From Octopus sinensis (lineage: Eukaryota): a stretch of DNA of 64,000 nt. Every line of letters begins with the position of its first letter. Within the stretch, counting starts at the first letter, position 1. Location: assembly GCF_006345805.1 (NCBI RefSeq), contig NC_043018.1:15004001-15068000 (forward strand). The letters are read 5' to 3'. The notes beneath the pieces are model-generated. The model saw only the letters and a list, made by a program, of their open reading frames with translations, was not told the DNA's origin and searched no databases. The position numbers and the translations under genes are program-made. Below, piece by piece: positions 1 to 11,971 of this stretch.

Positions 1-212
1 AACATGACATTGTTGCTAAAACAATATACATTGGGATTCCAAGAAAAAAAAAAAACCAAAAAAACAAACATCCCCTGAAATGAATATAGAGAACCTTTTG
101 GTTATTGAATACATAAATGAACATCAACAATCAGCACAGGGAATGTTGGTGGACACTTGTCTTGAAACTTCTGCAAAGTGTAAACAGCAGATTGGTTATT
201 GGTGTTTGGGAT

Positions 213-775
213 AGGCAGGTGCAGACATGCCTATATGGTAAGAAGCTTGCTTCCCAACCACATGGTTCCGGGTTCAGTCCCACTGCATGGCACCTTGGGC
301 AAGTGTCTTCTACTATAGCCTAGAGCTGACCAAAGCCTTGTGAGTGGATATAGTAGGTGGAAACTGAAAGAAGCCTACTATATATATATATATATAAATG
401 CCGGAGTAAGCACATAAATGTGAAACAAGGTGGAAGAAAAGAGTACTCAAATACCAGAGGTAGAGTAATATGCTTTATTTAAAGGCACCAGAAATATAAC
501 AAAAGCTGTTACTCAGAGTTTCACATTCCCATTCATCGGACAGTTTTGTTAATATATATATAACGTGTGTGTGTGTGTGTTTGTGCTGTGTTAGTCCCCC
601 ACCATTAATCTTGATGTGTTTACGTCCCCGTAACTTAATGGTTTGGCAGAAGTGATGGATAGAATAAGCACCAGGCTTACAACGAATAAGCCCAGAGGTC
701 GATTTCTTTGACTAAAAGGTGGTGCTCCAGCATGGCCACAGTCAAATGACTGTAACAAGTAAAAGAGTGAAAAGA
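213..775 (+). mobile_element. tRNA-headed SINE family A (probably the octopus OK-type; name unverified), interrupted at 397-550 by a hammerhead element
   Basis: B box ggttcagtccc, body ccttgggcaagtgtcttctactatagcc, tail gcatggccacagtcaaatgactg..aagtaaaagag. Matches many other copies in the window. Confidence 0.85.
500..548 (-). ncRNA. Type I hammerhead ribozyme motif (family H1)
   Basis: CAAAA-CTGT | CCGATGA | ATG-GGAA-TGT | GAAA | CTC-T-GAG | TA | ACAG-C-TTTTG. Stem I is 4+5 bp with a bulged C, stem III is palindromic, the triplet is GUA, and the core is a U4C variant. Confidence 0.7.
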
Positions 776-1027
776 GAGAGACAAGAAAAAGTATGTACCG
801 TCTTAGAGTTCAGCTGCCCTGCTGATGTGAATACCGTTTTGAAAATCAAAGAGAAAGAAGATAACAATCTATGGACAACTGTTCTGAAACCTCCAGCTTC
901 TATATCTGGATTACAAATTCACATTTATACCAATAATAATTGGTACTCTTGGTTTTGTTAGTAAATGCTTGTGTGACAATGTGTCAAAGCCCAGGACAAA
1001 CATCATGATAAAGGACACAATACTTAC

Positions 1028-1275
1028 ATCAGCCTTGCCTTTGCTTTTCTCAGCACTGTTCGAATCAGTGTTAACAGGACAAATATCATCCTCGAGTTCG
1101 GTAGATGTGTCGTTGAATGTGGTGTTGTAGGGGTTTGCTGAAGTTCCAAGGAGAGCCGTGTGGTTCACCATACACACCACGGCCACAGACATGTTCACAC
1201 GAATTGTGTAAATGTTTACAAATCCCAAGAATCCTAGAATGGCCAACAGGAAGCGGTAGGATGTCCAAAATGGAA
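1028..1275 (-). CDS. Coding exon 2 of an SLC17/sialin-like MFS anion transporter (TM1 and glycosylated first loop)
   Basis: Translates VPFWTSYRFLLAILGFLGFVNIYTIRVNMSVAVVCMVNHT...KGKAD. The R-x-N-(M/L)-S-V-A-x-V-x-M motif after TM1 is typical of SLC17 proteins, and sequons NHT, NTT and NDT follow. Acceptor ttttctttgtttccAG at 1277-1276 (phase 1), donor GAT|GTAAGT at 1027 (phase 0). Orthologue not identifiable by eye. Confidence 0.9.
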
Positions 1276-1507
1276 CTGGAAACAAAGAAAAACAAAAAAA
1301 AATAAAGATGAAGAATTAAAGAAATTAATGAAGATTAAAATGAAATCATTTAAGTTTGTATGAAAGGTTGTAAATCAAACAGAAAGAGAAATGGGTGATG
1401 AGTGATGAAAGGGTGATGAAAGAGTGATGAAAGAATGATGAAATGGTGATGAGTGGTGAAATAAGGAAGGTGGCTAGGAAAGAAGTTGAGCATTATTTGC
1501 ATTCAAC

Positions 1508-1819
1508 GTGGGCATATAGCATAGTGGTTAAGAGCGCAGGCTACTAACCCCAAGATTCCGAGTTCGATTCCAAGCAGTGACCTGAACAACAACAACAACA
1601 ACAATAATAATAATAATAATAATAATAACAACAACGACAACAATAACATCGAAAATACCATAGGAATGAGAACCCAGGTTCAAAATTTCTGCAAGACACC
1701 TGATGAAGGCTGGAGGGTATATCAGCCGAAATGTTGTGTTAACAACAAACAAGATGAGGACAAATATATGTCGAATGTAAATAATGTAAATAATTCCTCA
1801 TCTCTTAAATATAGAACTG
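1508..1819 (+). mobile_element. tRNA-headed SINE-like element carrying a hammerhead motif
   Basis: A box TAGCATAGTGG (1517-1527), B box GAGTTCGATTCC (1560-1571), (AAC/AAT)n spacer, hammerhead at 1695-1740, 3' hairpin agatgagga/tcctcatct. Confidence 0.65.
1695..1740 (+). ncRNA. Minimal type I hammerhead motif (family H2)
   Basis: GACAC | CTGATGA | A | GGCTG-gagggtatat-CAGCC | GAAA | T-G | TT | GTGTT. Canonical core, 5-bp stems I and II, stem III reduced to A(C>T)GT. Confidence 0.65.
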
Positions 1820-2305
1820 AAAGAAGTTGAGATTTATAAATTATATTTTAATGGCTTAATCAGAAACTGAAGAATAGCAGGGATGGGGGTGGGGGTGGGG
1901 GTGGGGGGAAGTCTAGAATTTTCCTCGGGCTGCAATGAAATGGACCCTACTAAAAACATCCAACAATCAAATTTTCATGCTAAACTGAACAATTGATTAA
2001 GTCTCAAGAAAACAGGAAAATTCCTTCTGTCAGGCTTCCATACAGTTTCTGTCTATGAAATTTCATTTTCAAGATTTTGTTTGAGTTAAGTTTATGATAG
2101 ATGATAGTGGTTTGAAAATGCTCTTCAGTGGAAGTGAACCTGAAATCCTGCAGTTAGAAAGTTAATTTCTTAATCACACAATCATGAATTATCGTGTTTT
2201 GTTGGGTCACCTCCCTCCAGACGTTCTGTGAACCCTTAATTATAGAAGAATGAGACAAGATGCTGTTGGTGATAGAGTAAGCGTCAGTGGAGAAATAGAC
2301 AAGTA

Positions 2306-2870
2306 TTGGATTGTCTGGAAAGTTCATGCCGATTTATAGTAGCTTACCTTTTGACTTATTTTAGAACATGGTTGAATCCACAAAATAGGATTTGACTACA
2401 CCTCCATTTAGAGCACAGTTTAAGCTATCTTTTCATGGAAGAAGACTTATGTTCCCATAACCTGTGTTAATTCTGTAACCCTTTAAATGGAAGATAAGAA
2501 AGTTCATTTTTGGCACTTGATGCTTTGGGAACCAGATAAAAATTGCTGCAGCTTGACTGGGATGTGTTACCCCACCCTCCATATTCACCAGATATTGCTC
2601 CTTTGGATTTCCACTTATCAGGTCTCCGCAGAATAGTCTTAATGGTAAAAATTTCAATTCCTTGGATGATGTGAAAAGATACCTTGATGAATTCTTTGCC
2701 ATGAAACCACCTGAATTCTGGGAAGAGGGTATTTTCAAGTTAAAGGAAAGATGGAGACGCATTGTGCAACAAAATGGTTCATATTTGGTTGATTAAAAAA
2801 TGTAATGGCAAGTATTTATTGACCTTTTTCTTTCCTTTAAATATCGACATGAACTTTCCGGACAACCCAA
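2306..2870 (+). mobile_element. Internally deleted mariner (565 bp non-autonomous copy)
   Basis: 28-bp TIRs (TTGGATTGTCTGGAAAGTTCATGCCGAT, 3 mismatches) with TA on both sides. The N-terminal MEDKKVHFWHLML is joined directly to the C-terminal GWDVLPHPPYSPDIAPLDFHL...RWRRIVQQNGSYLVD. Confidence 0.9.
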
Positions 2871-3930
2871 TAGATACTACACTAAATATTTATAGAAGCC
2901 AGGTTCTATGTATATTTAGAAGTGCAACCTTCACCATTTTGTTGTGGTTTTCAAGAGAACATTTTATTCTACATGACTTTAGTTCACCAAGAAGATTCTC
3001 CGTGAAAATATCAAATATGGTCAATTACCTTTGGATAATTTCTATTTTAGTTGATTTGATCTGAAGGAAAGAGCTGTGCCCATGGCTTTGATGGGACCTC
3101 CAAGATCAGTTGAAAGGAATTTACAGAGGGCTGATGTTATGGCAGGAAAGGACTAGAAATAGGAGTTAGTTAGGGATCCAAGCTAGGGGAAGAGGAGGGG
3201 GGTGTGAGTTGGGAATGTCTTAGGGTAATATGTTTGAAATTCAAATGGCCATGATGGTTGGAACGGCTTTCTCAGAGTTGACCTATGACTCCACAACAAC
3301 AACAACAACAACGAAAAAAACTACTACTACTACTATTTTGACAAAAACAACTATAGCAAGAATATGAACAACCACTGGAATGAGAAACATCTGCTGCCCA
3401 CCTGCCTTGTCCCCCGTCGCTGCCAAAGAGATGCCAACCATTTTCAGTGTCTGCCAGGAAACGAAGAACATATGGTCTGTTAGTGTGACACCATAGATGC
3501 AGCATTACCAAATAATACCTGCACTTAATCACTCTGTCTGCACTGAATTACTTGTTGCACCTGCCAGGTGTATTTATTTAATTACTCTCTATTCTGGCTG
3601 CTATGGTGATACCACATGTAGTTTCCTAAATTCAATTAACAGATGCATACACTCAGTTTCTGTATTTACCTGAATTGTGCACCCTAATGTGCATTTGATT
3701 GCATTTCTATCCCAGCCAGTTGTACTGCATGCCCTGGGAATCGCGCTGATGTTTACGCATTCAATCAACAGATGTTCATTGTATGCACCCAAAGATGTTT
3801 TTTCTTTATGCCATCATGTGCATCCGGTTGCATCATCTGTCCACAACAGTTTGAGGACAGAGTGTGGTGGCAGGGGACAGGGGAGAAGGAATGTTGGTGT
3901 GATCAGAAATGTTGACAGTGGTTGTTGTTA

Positions 3931-4482
3931 TGGTGATGATGATGATGACGATGATGATGATGATGACGACGATGATGACGACAATGATGATGGTAATGAT
4001 GATGATAATGATGATGACGATGATGATGATAATAATGATGACGATGATGATAATAATGAGGATGATGATGATGATGATGATAATGATGATGACGACGATG
4101 ATGACGACGATGATGATGACGATGATGATGACGATGATGGTGATGATGACGATGATGATGACGATGATGGTGATGATGACGATGATGATGATAATGATGA
4201 TGACGATGATGATGACGATGATAATGACGATGATGATGACGCTGGTGATGACGATGATGATGATAATGATGATGATGATGATGATGATAATGATGATGAC
4301 GATGATGGTGATGATGACGATGATGATGATAATGATGATGACGATGATGATGATAATGATGATGACGATGATGGTGATGATGACAAAGGTGTTGATGATG
4401 ATGACGATGATGATGATAATGATGATGACGATGATGGTGATGATGACAATGATGATGACGAAGGTGTTGATGATGATGATGA
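3931..4482. repeat. (GAT/GAC/AAT/GGT)n trinucleotide tract with higher-order duplicated units
   Basis: Seen directly. Source of the poly-D, poly-H, poly-M and poly-S ORFs. Confidence 0.95.
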
Positions 4483-5079
4483 CGGCAAATTGTGTTGTTG
4501 TTTAGCCACAGGTAAACCATGAACAAGTAAACTTATGATCAAACACTGTCAAGTTTTGACTATCCTGTTGGTTTTTTTTTTGCCCCCTTTTTAGGGTTCA
4601 CCCAGCTGATTGACAACAAAATCACTCACAAATACACTCCAGCTGCTGCCTATAAGAAACATGTTTGCTCCCTCTGCCGTTTCTACCTCAACTATAATGG
4701 CCCCTGTTCCTCGAAACTAGCTGGACCCATGCCTGATCCACTCACCACTCCTTCTCTTATCTACCTGCTTTGTTCAATCCTGCCTGGCCCATCACTGATC
4801 ACTACACCCAGTCCTTTCCAGAATGTCATTCCTCTAGTGTTCCTGCAAATAGTGACATGTAAAGGGTCAAGAGAAACATGAACAGCCACAGTCCACTTGG
4901 ACCTGTGATGGTGATAGGTACCATCCTTTCCTTTTGACCTCAGCCAGAGAGAAAAAAAAAGATGATTGAACAGCTGTATGATGGAAAGCATATGTGTGTG
5001 TGTGTGTGTATGTGCATGTGCATATAGATATATATATACATATATATATAATATATATATATATATATAATATATATAT

Positions 5080-5428
5080 GGAGGCGCTGGCTTAGTGGTT
5101 AGGGGGTGTTAAACTCATGATCGCAAGATTGTGGTTTTAATTCCTGGACCGGGCGACGCGTTGTGTTCTTGAGCAAAACACTTCATTTCACGTTGCTCCA
5201 GTCCACTCTGCTGACAAAAATGAGTAATCCTGCGACGGACTGGCATCCCGTCCATCTGGGAAATTTCTATGGCACTGAAACCGGGAAACCGGCCCTTATG
5301 AGCCTGGCATAGCTCAAGAAGGAACCTTTTTCTGCGATGGACTGGCGTCCCGTCCAGCTGGGGGAACACATATGCCACAGAAATCAGGAAACCGGGCCCA
5401 TGAGCCTGGCTAGGCTTGAAAAGGCTGA
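5080..5428 (+). mobile_element. tRNA-headed SINE family B (CORE-like centre; OR-type by inference), tail 1 duplicated
   Basis: A box TGGCTTAGTGG, central cttgagcaaaacacttcatttcacgttgctccagtccactc, tail gatggactggcgtcccgtccag...aaaccgggcccatgagcctggc present twice. Confidence 0.8.
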
Positions 5429-5969
5429 TGTTTATTGTTATATATGTGTGTGTGTGTGTGTGTGTACACCATCATCCTCATCATTGTTCAACCGTGGTCG
5501 AGACAATGGAATTTACCATGCCACGCCAGACTTCACGGTCCATCATGGCATTATGGAGGTCCTGTTGCTGGATGCCTGTACACCATACGACCTGTGAGAA
5601 CTGAATAGGTGATCTCAAATAGAATAAACACCACACAAGTCATCTTTTGACCAGAACACACCAATACTGACCGTTGCAAAATATTCCATTTCCTTATTCT
5701 TGATAGACTTCAATCTCACCCCCACCATTCTCAATTACTATTAATCTTATTTTTTATTTTTTTACTTTATCTTTATACTTATTTATTTTTTTCTTGATTT
5801 CATTTACTTTTTTCCACTCTTCTCCCTTTTAGCCTTCTTTCTACCTCCTCCTGCTCCTCCTGCTCCTCCTCCTCCTCCTCAGATGCTTTTGTATTCTTTA
5901 TATATATATAATTGTTAAAGAAGACAGCAAACATTAAGGCAAGGCAAATATCTCAAGTTGTATTTGAAG

Positions 5970-6119
5970 CTTGGGTATACACCTGGTAGTATGTCAAATT
6001 AATTATACACATGTTCATATATATGTGTATGAATGTAGCTATACGTATTAATATATATACATACATACATATATATACGAATATCTACATTCATACACCA
6101 CATATATATTATATATATA

Positions 6120-6176
<57 letters not shown>

Positions 6177-6316
6177 ATATATATATATATATATATATCT
6201 AATACGTATATTCTACATTCATACATATATATATATATATATATACATATAGCTACATTCATACATATAATGAACAGGTGTATATTAATTTGACATACTA
6301 CCAGGTGTATACCAAG
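5970..6316. repeat. Inverted repeat with ~70-bp arms around a (TA)n spacer
   Basis: The arm gtatacacctggtagtatgtcaaattaat...tgaatgtagctat recurs in reverse complement. Confidence 0.85.
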
Positions 6317-6365
6317 TTTTAATTGAATACATATATATTATACATATATATATATACATATATAT

Positions 6366-6401
<36 letters not shown>

Positions 6402-6409
6402 TATATAGA

Positions 6410-6466
6410 AGGAGCTTCTACAGGACTAGAACTGTTTCATTCAAGAGAAATCTTCAGGAAGCTCCT
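6410..6466 (-). ncRNA. Type I hammerhead motif (family H3), left arm of palindrome 6397-6526
   Basis: AGGAGCTTC | CTGAAGA | TTTC-TCTT-GAAT | GAAA | CAG-ttctagtc-CTG | TA | GAAGCTCCT. Perfect 9-bp stem I, 4-bp stem III, GUA. Stem II is weak (T.T at 10.1-11.1). Confidence 0.7.
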
Positions 6467-6513
6467 GAAGATCTCTTCTTGAATGAAACAGTTCTAGTCC
6501 TGTAGAAGCTCCT
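6456..6513 (+). ncRNA. Second H3 hammerhead motif on the opposite strand, right arm of the same palindrome
   Basis: Core CTGAAGA 6465-6471, GAAA 6485-6488, stem III ACAG/CTGT, GUA 6502-6504. Stem I forms with two bulges and stem II is poor. Confidence 0.5.
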
Positions 6514-6593
6514 TCTATATAATAAATTAATTTTACTCTGCTATGTATTGAGTACCTTATTTTACTGGGTTAACCCCAAATCAACCCGGGACC

Positions 6594-6629
<36 letters not shown>

Positions 6630-7059
6630 TGAACATTTTATTCTACATGACTTTAGTTCACCAAGAAGATTCTCCATGAAAATATCAAATATGACCAATT
6701 ACCTATGTCAATAGCCAGCTGGAGGAGGTGTCTTCCTGGGGCTACAAGCTACAGTAGCATCCACCCTTAGGGGGTTAGCCACATTTAAGTGGCAAATATA
6801 CTTCACTTTGTCATGCAGCTACTGTTTATACCTTGCTCAGAGATTTATTGTTGCATGAAATAAATGTTTGCTTTATTTTTTTCCGCTATTTTAAAACTTG
6901 TATTGAAGCTCCAATTCCATTATATTCTTTGAGTTGTGTTACAGCTCAGCAAGCCTTCAGCAATACCAGTGAATGTCTTTTATTTACTGTTTTTTACCTG
7001 TCGAAGCAAACGATCAACAGGTACATGCAGTTGATAAATCTCAAGTAAGACTAAAAGTA

Positions 7060-7360
7060 TCTGTCAGTGCCGTGACGATTTTTGCCTTGCTCCAATTATC
7101 AGCTGAGCAATCCTAATCTTGCAGGCTTGTGGGTGCATGTGCCACAGGAAAAGCACCCGTGCCACTAAGCCAGTGCCACTTCGAAGCATGCATGCTGGTG
7201 CTGCGTAAAAGCGCCTGAGACGTTCTGTAAAGTGGTTGGTGTTAGGAAAGGCATCTGGCTGTAGAAACCATGCCAAAACAGACAGGGAACCCTGGAAGAT
7301 CTTCTGCTGTTAGTTCCAACCCATGCCAGCACAGAAAATGGATGTTAAATGATGATGCTG
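7060..7360 (+). mobile_element. Retroposon 3' portion ending in (GAT)n (RTE-type tail by inference); a tail-only copy at 10329-10380
   Basis: gttaggaaaggcatctggctgtagaaacc...ccaacccatgccagcacagaaaatggatgttaaatgatgatg. The same tail ends aaaacggacgttaaacgatgatgatg at 10.35 kb. Confidence 0.5.
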
Positions 7361-9502
7361 AATGAAGGGAATTTTGAAGGAAAAACAGAAATGAGGATGT
7401 GCATCGGTTTAAAAGAATCAGTAAAGATTAAGGTCGCAGCCCCTAACAAAAGAAACGAATAATATCTGACACTAAAGAATGGTTACTGATGTTATCTTCA
7501 TGGCACAGCTATGGGTTGGCTCTCTTTGTTTCATAATGAGAGCATAAGACCGGCATCGCTTTCTATTGACAATGATTCGGTAACAGCTTGTGTCATGGCT
7601 TTTTTAATGGTCTTCAAGTGTCTGTGTGGGACAAGGTGACACTGACTCCCTCTTCACTCTCTCACTCTTGACCCAGTAAAGATGTGACAGATGGACGGGG
7701 GGAGGGGAGGAGGAAGAGAAAGAGAAAGAGAAAGAGAGAGAGTAACAGTAGCACATAATGGTGGCTTGACACTGCATGCTGAGTTCAAATCCAGCAGATG
7801 TCCACTTTGCCCTTTAATCCATTTCTGAAGTAATAAAGTATTCTTTAATGAAATCGGTCAAGCAATAAATTCTTTAATCCATTTGTCTTTGTATAGTGGA
7901 TCAAGACCCACGATGGTCTTCAGGTCTCCTGAGACAGGTTGGAGAAAAGAAAGAATAGGAACAAGCTATTCTCAGACTTCAGACCTGAGTCCACTAAAGT
8001 TAATCAAGGGCCAGGTGGTTGTTTTAAGCTAAGGTAAGGATGAAGTCTGCAACATAACCTGACAATAAGAATGGCTCCATCCCTCCGACTTCCATGCAGT
8101 TCTTGTTTATCCAATGGTTTGGTTTCACTTCAGTTGTTGTTTTTGTTGTTGTGTATGTCTCCATCAGTCTGTACCAGTACACTTGGCTGACAAACAAGTC
8201 TCACACATTAACGAAGACACCCAGCTACTAAACTCCCGATCACCACCACAAAAAAAAATTTAATGAAATTAAAAAAATGTAAATACCCCAGGTTGTTGTT
8301 TAATCCTAGCCAATTCAGATCCAGAAAACTTATGATCAAATACATTCCAACAGCGACCACTCCAACTTTTATTCAGTTACTGTATTTAGGACTGCATTAT
8401 ATAATGAGTCCTTTCTTATTGTTGATATCTCTCCCTGAGTTAAACCTAGTGGAACAGACCTAGGATCTGATCCTAAGTATTCCAGTTATGACCATCCCAT
8501 ATTTAGATCCCTTTAAAACACTTTATTTTAAAGGGATCTAAAAATTTCCATTAACATTTCATCTTAATTTGCTCCAAACACCAGCTTAATGACGACAAAA
8601 TTATTTTACTTAATTCTTCATTATTTTGGGGAATTCATTGAAACAAAGGCACCAAGGGAAGTGTCAAGAACACAGGAAGATCTTTAAATTCCTTCTTCAC
8701 TTATTTGTTGAGGTGTCAAAACTGTCATTGTATTTTTTGCAATCTTGTCACATTCCTACAATCAGATCAGATTTCCGCAACATCATCACACTCTCCGAAG
8801 TTTGTCTTTGACACAGATTCCACTTAAAGTGAGATCTCTGCATTCTTAACCGGAAAGAATTTAAAAGCAATACAACATGTTGTAAAGAAGTCAGGTCGAC
8901 CGAAAGTTTATTTCTAAACATACACTTGAATAATTCTTTTTCGTGTATTCATATCTTTTCTATTTTTTTTCCTTCTCTTCACTTTCTGACAAATATTTAA
9001 TGAGAAATTAAGATGTGTGAAGCTTTTAATTGTTTAATTTTGTGATTTGCAAGTTTTTCAAGTAACAGAAAGCAAACACTACCTCTCTGGTGACGTGTGA
9101 CATAGTTTATTTTAGTCACACAAATGTGTGCATACATCTGGTATGTGTGTGTGTGTGTGAGATGCAAGAGAAGAAGTATGTGCATATGTGTTTTATATAT
9201 ATATCCACATGTGTATTTGTATATGTGTGTCTGCTTTTGTGGACCTGTGTCTGCAGCTGTGAGTACAATGTGTGTGTGTGGCTCGGGTCGGTGGGAAGAG
9301 GTTTAGTGAGAAATGGTGACCATCTGTGTCAACAAAATATGATGAAATAGCTTCCAGGTATTTCAAAGAAATCCAAATCAAAGAGAGAGTGGTGTGAACC
9401 AGCCAGGAAATGGTGGCAGATATTTCTGGTGTCAGACTGGAAGTATTTACTACAGACAGTAACTGTGTGAATAAAGATTTCTTTATTTAATAATAATGAT
9501 AA

Positions 9503-9540
<38 letters not shown>

Positions 9541-10665
9541 ATAATAATAATAATAATGACCTGATGTAGTACCAGGCAGTGGCTCTCATGGCTTTTGATC
9601 TTAACTGATTGGAAGAGTTATCATGTACATTGTTTTGTCTTGGTTATAAAAGATGGGCTACAGCTAATATTCTACTCAATACCACAGATTTGCTTGTCAG
9701 TTGTTTGACCTTAACCAATTGAGTATGTCCCTTAGTGGCTGATGATATGTGCATCTCTGACCATGAGCAGAAGTAGTGGGGGAGCATCATAGCCATGTGT
9801 TGAGAGGAGTTCTTTGGGGTTTGAATAATTCACCCCCGGAAACATGGGTTTTTCATTCAACATCCTTAAACAACCCTTATTCAGAGACCTTTTGAGCGAG
9901 ATGGGCTACTCGACCTGAAGAAAATTCTAGCTGGGCCCCATGTGTAAGGTTATGCACTGTTTATCTTAATATAAGATCACCATGTTGCGCACATATGATT
10001 GTGATGCATGTGCCTAGTGTACCTTTATCAGACAGGTAGTCATGATGGGTATACTGGGCTTCGTATATTTTACCCTTGCGTTACTTTGATGGCATGCACT
10101 GCTCTCTCACTCAGTAATAATAATGATGATAATAATGATAATAATAATAATAATGATAATAATAATAATAAATAATGATAATAAGGATGTAAACATCAGT
10201 ATATATATATATATATACTACAAGTGTTATAACTAATAAATCCTGGGGTCGATTTGCTTGACTAAAGGTGGTGCTCCAGCATGGCCACAGTCAAATGACT
10301 GAAACAAGTAAAGGAAAGGAATATATATCCCGTGCTAGCACGGAAAACGGACGTTAAACGATGATGATGATGATGATGATATGTATAAACACACACACAA
10401 ATACACAATACATGCACACACAAACACACAGCTATACAGACATTTCAAAAGTAAATAGACACCCCTTAATTATACCAATTTTATCTGCGCTGACACTACT
10501 TGGGCACTTCAAATTTGTTAATATATTATGCACAAGGCATGTCTACTGGCGCTCCGTCAGTTACAAGTGATTTAGTTGATCCAATCAGCAGAACAGCCTG
10601 CCCATGAAATGAACATGCAATTGGCTGAGTACTCCATAGACAAGTGTTATTTATTTTTTTATTTA

Positions 10666-10953
10666 TGTGCCCTTTTAAAGCCTAGCCAGGCTCATGGGTT
10701 CGGTTTCCTGGTTTCTATGGCGTATGTGTTCCCCCCAGCTGTACGGGATCCCAGTCCATTGCAGCGTTACTCAAGAAACAGGAAGAGAGAGTGAGAGAAA
10801 GTTGGGGGGGTGAAAGAGTACAACAGGGGTCGCCACCACCCCCTGCTGGAGCCTCGTGGAGCTTTAGGTTTTTTGCTCAGTAAACACACTCAATCGAAAC
10901 CGCGATCCTCCGACCGTGAGTTCACTGCCCTAACCTCTGGGCCATTGCGCCTC
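10666..10953 (-). mobile_element. SINE family B, tail 1
   Basis: Reverse complement of head gaggcgcaatggcccagaggttagggcag and the tail shared with the 5080 and 43545 copies. Confidence 0.8.
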
Positions 10954-11349
10954 TACCTAGACAAGGGTACCCTTAACATAATTCTCAAGGCGATTCAGTA
11001 CATGACACAGAATGTCACAAGGCTGACCCTTTTGAAACACATTTTTGCCAACTGAGTGGACTGGAACAACATGCAATAAAGTGTCTTGCTCAAGGACACA
11101 ATGCTTCAATAAGTGTCAAGCTCACAACCTTATGATTGGGAACCAAAAACACCCGAGGCACTTAGCCATGTGCCTTCATGGTTGGCCTACTAAATATTAG
11201 GTTAAATATTTTAATGCACTGAATAAAGTTGTTTATTTTCTTGATATAAATCTTTACTTCTGAGATGTCTGTGTGTCTGTCGGTCTATCTGTCTGTCTGT
11301 CTGACTGTCTGTCTGTTTGTCTGTCTGACTACCTGCCAGCTTACCTGCC

Positions 11350-11433
11350 TATGTATGTATGTATGTATGTATGTATGTATGTATGTATGTATGTATGTAT
11401 CTATCTATCTAGCTATCTAGCTCTCTATCTCTC

Positions 11434-11513
<80 letters not shown>

Positions 11514-11542
11514 GCTATCTACCTATCTACCTATCTATCTAG

Positions 11543-11573
<31 letters not shown>

Positions 11574-11585
11574 CCTATCTATCTA

Positions 11586-11624
<39 letters not shown>

Positions 11625-11650
11625 CTATCTACCTATCTACCTATCTATCT

Positions 11651-11720
<70 letters not shown>

Positions 11721-11721
11721 A
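11350..11721. repeat. Compound (TATG)n/(TCTA)n/(TC)n microsatellite
   Basis: Seen directly. Confidence 0.95.
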
Positions 11722-11723
11722 TA

Positions 11724-11936
11724 CTGGGTTGGCCAGAAGTCACCCAACAGTGAATCAAAATTCCATAAATACCATTTGTAATTCTCTATTGATTCAAATA
11801 GAAAAATGTGTCACTCCAGAAAGATTTCAGTTTGAACAATTTTCATGACGTTTCATATTTAGACGCTTTTATTAAATACATTGTTAAACATAAATAAATA
11901 TTGGAATTAAATGGTCGGGTGACTTTTGGCCAAACC

Positions 11937-11940
<4 letters not shown>
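11724..11940. mobile_element. Tc1/mariner-type MITE (~217 bp)
   Basis: TA-flanked imperfect TIRs ctgggttggccagaagtcacccaac / gtcgggtgacttttggccaaacctaca. No ORF. Confidence 0.7.

Positions 11941-11969
<29 letters not shown>

Positions 11970-11971
<2 letters not shown>

Noticed and set aside
1508-1585. tRNA gene (likewise the other SINE heads)
   Set aside because: A and B boxes are present, but there is no complete acceptor stem. These are tRNA-derived retroposon heads.
2343-2400. Minus-strand donor AAG|GTAAGC near the SLC17 exon
   Set aside because: There is an in-frame stop four codons upstream in the required phase, and it lies within the mariner MITE.
4761-4991. Unique-looking ORFs in intron 1
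   Set aside because: No recognisable motif, weak splice signals and a stop in the hydrophobic frame.
9739-9745. CTGATGA matching the hammerhead core
   Set aside because: No stem II, GAAA or stem I in register downstream.
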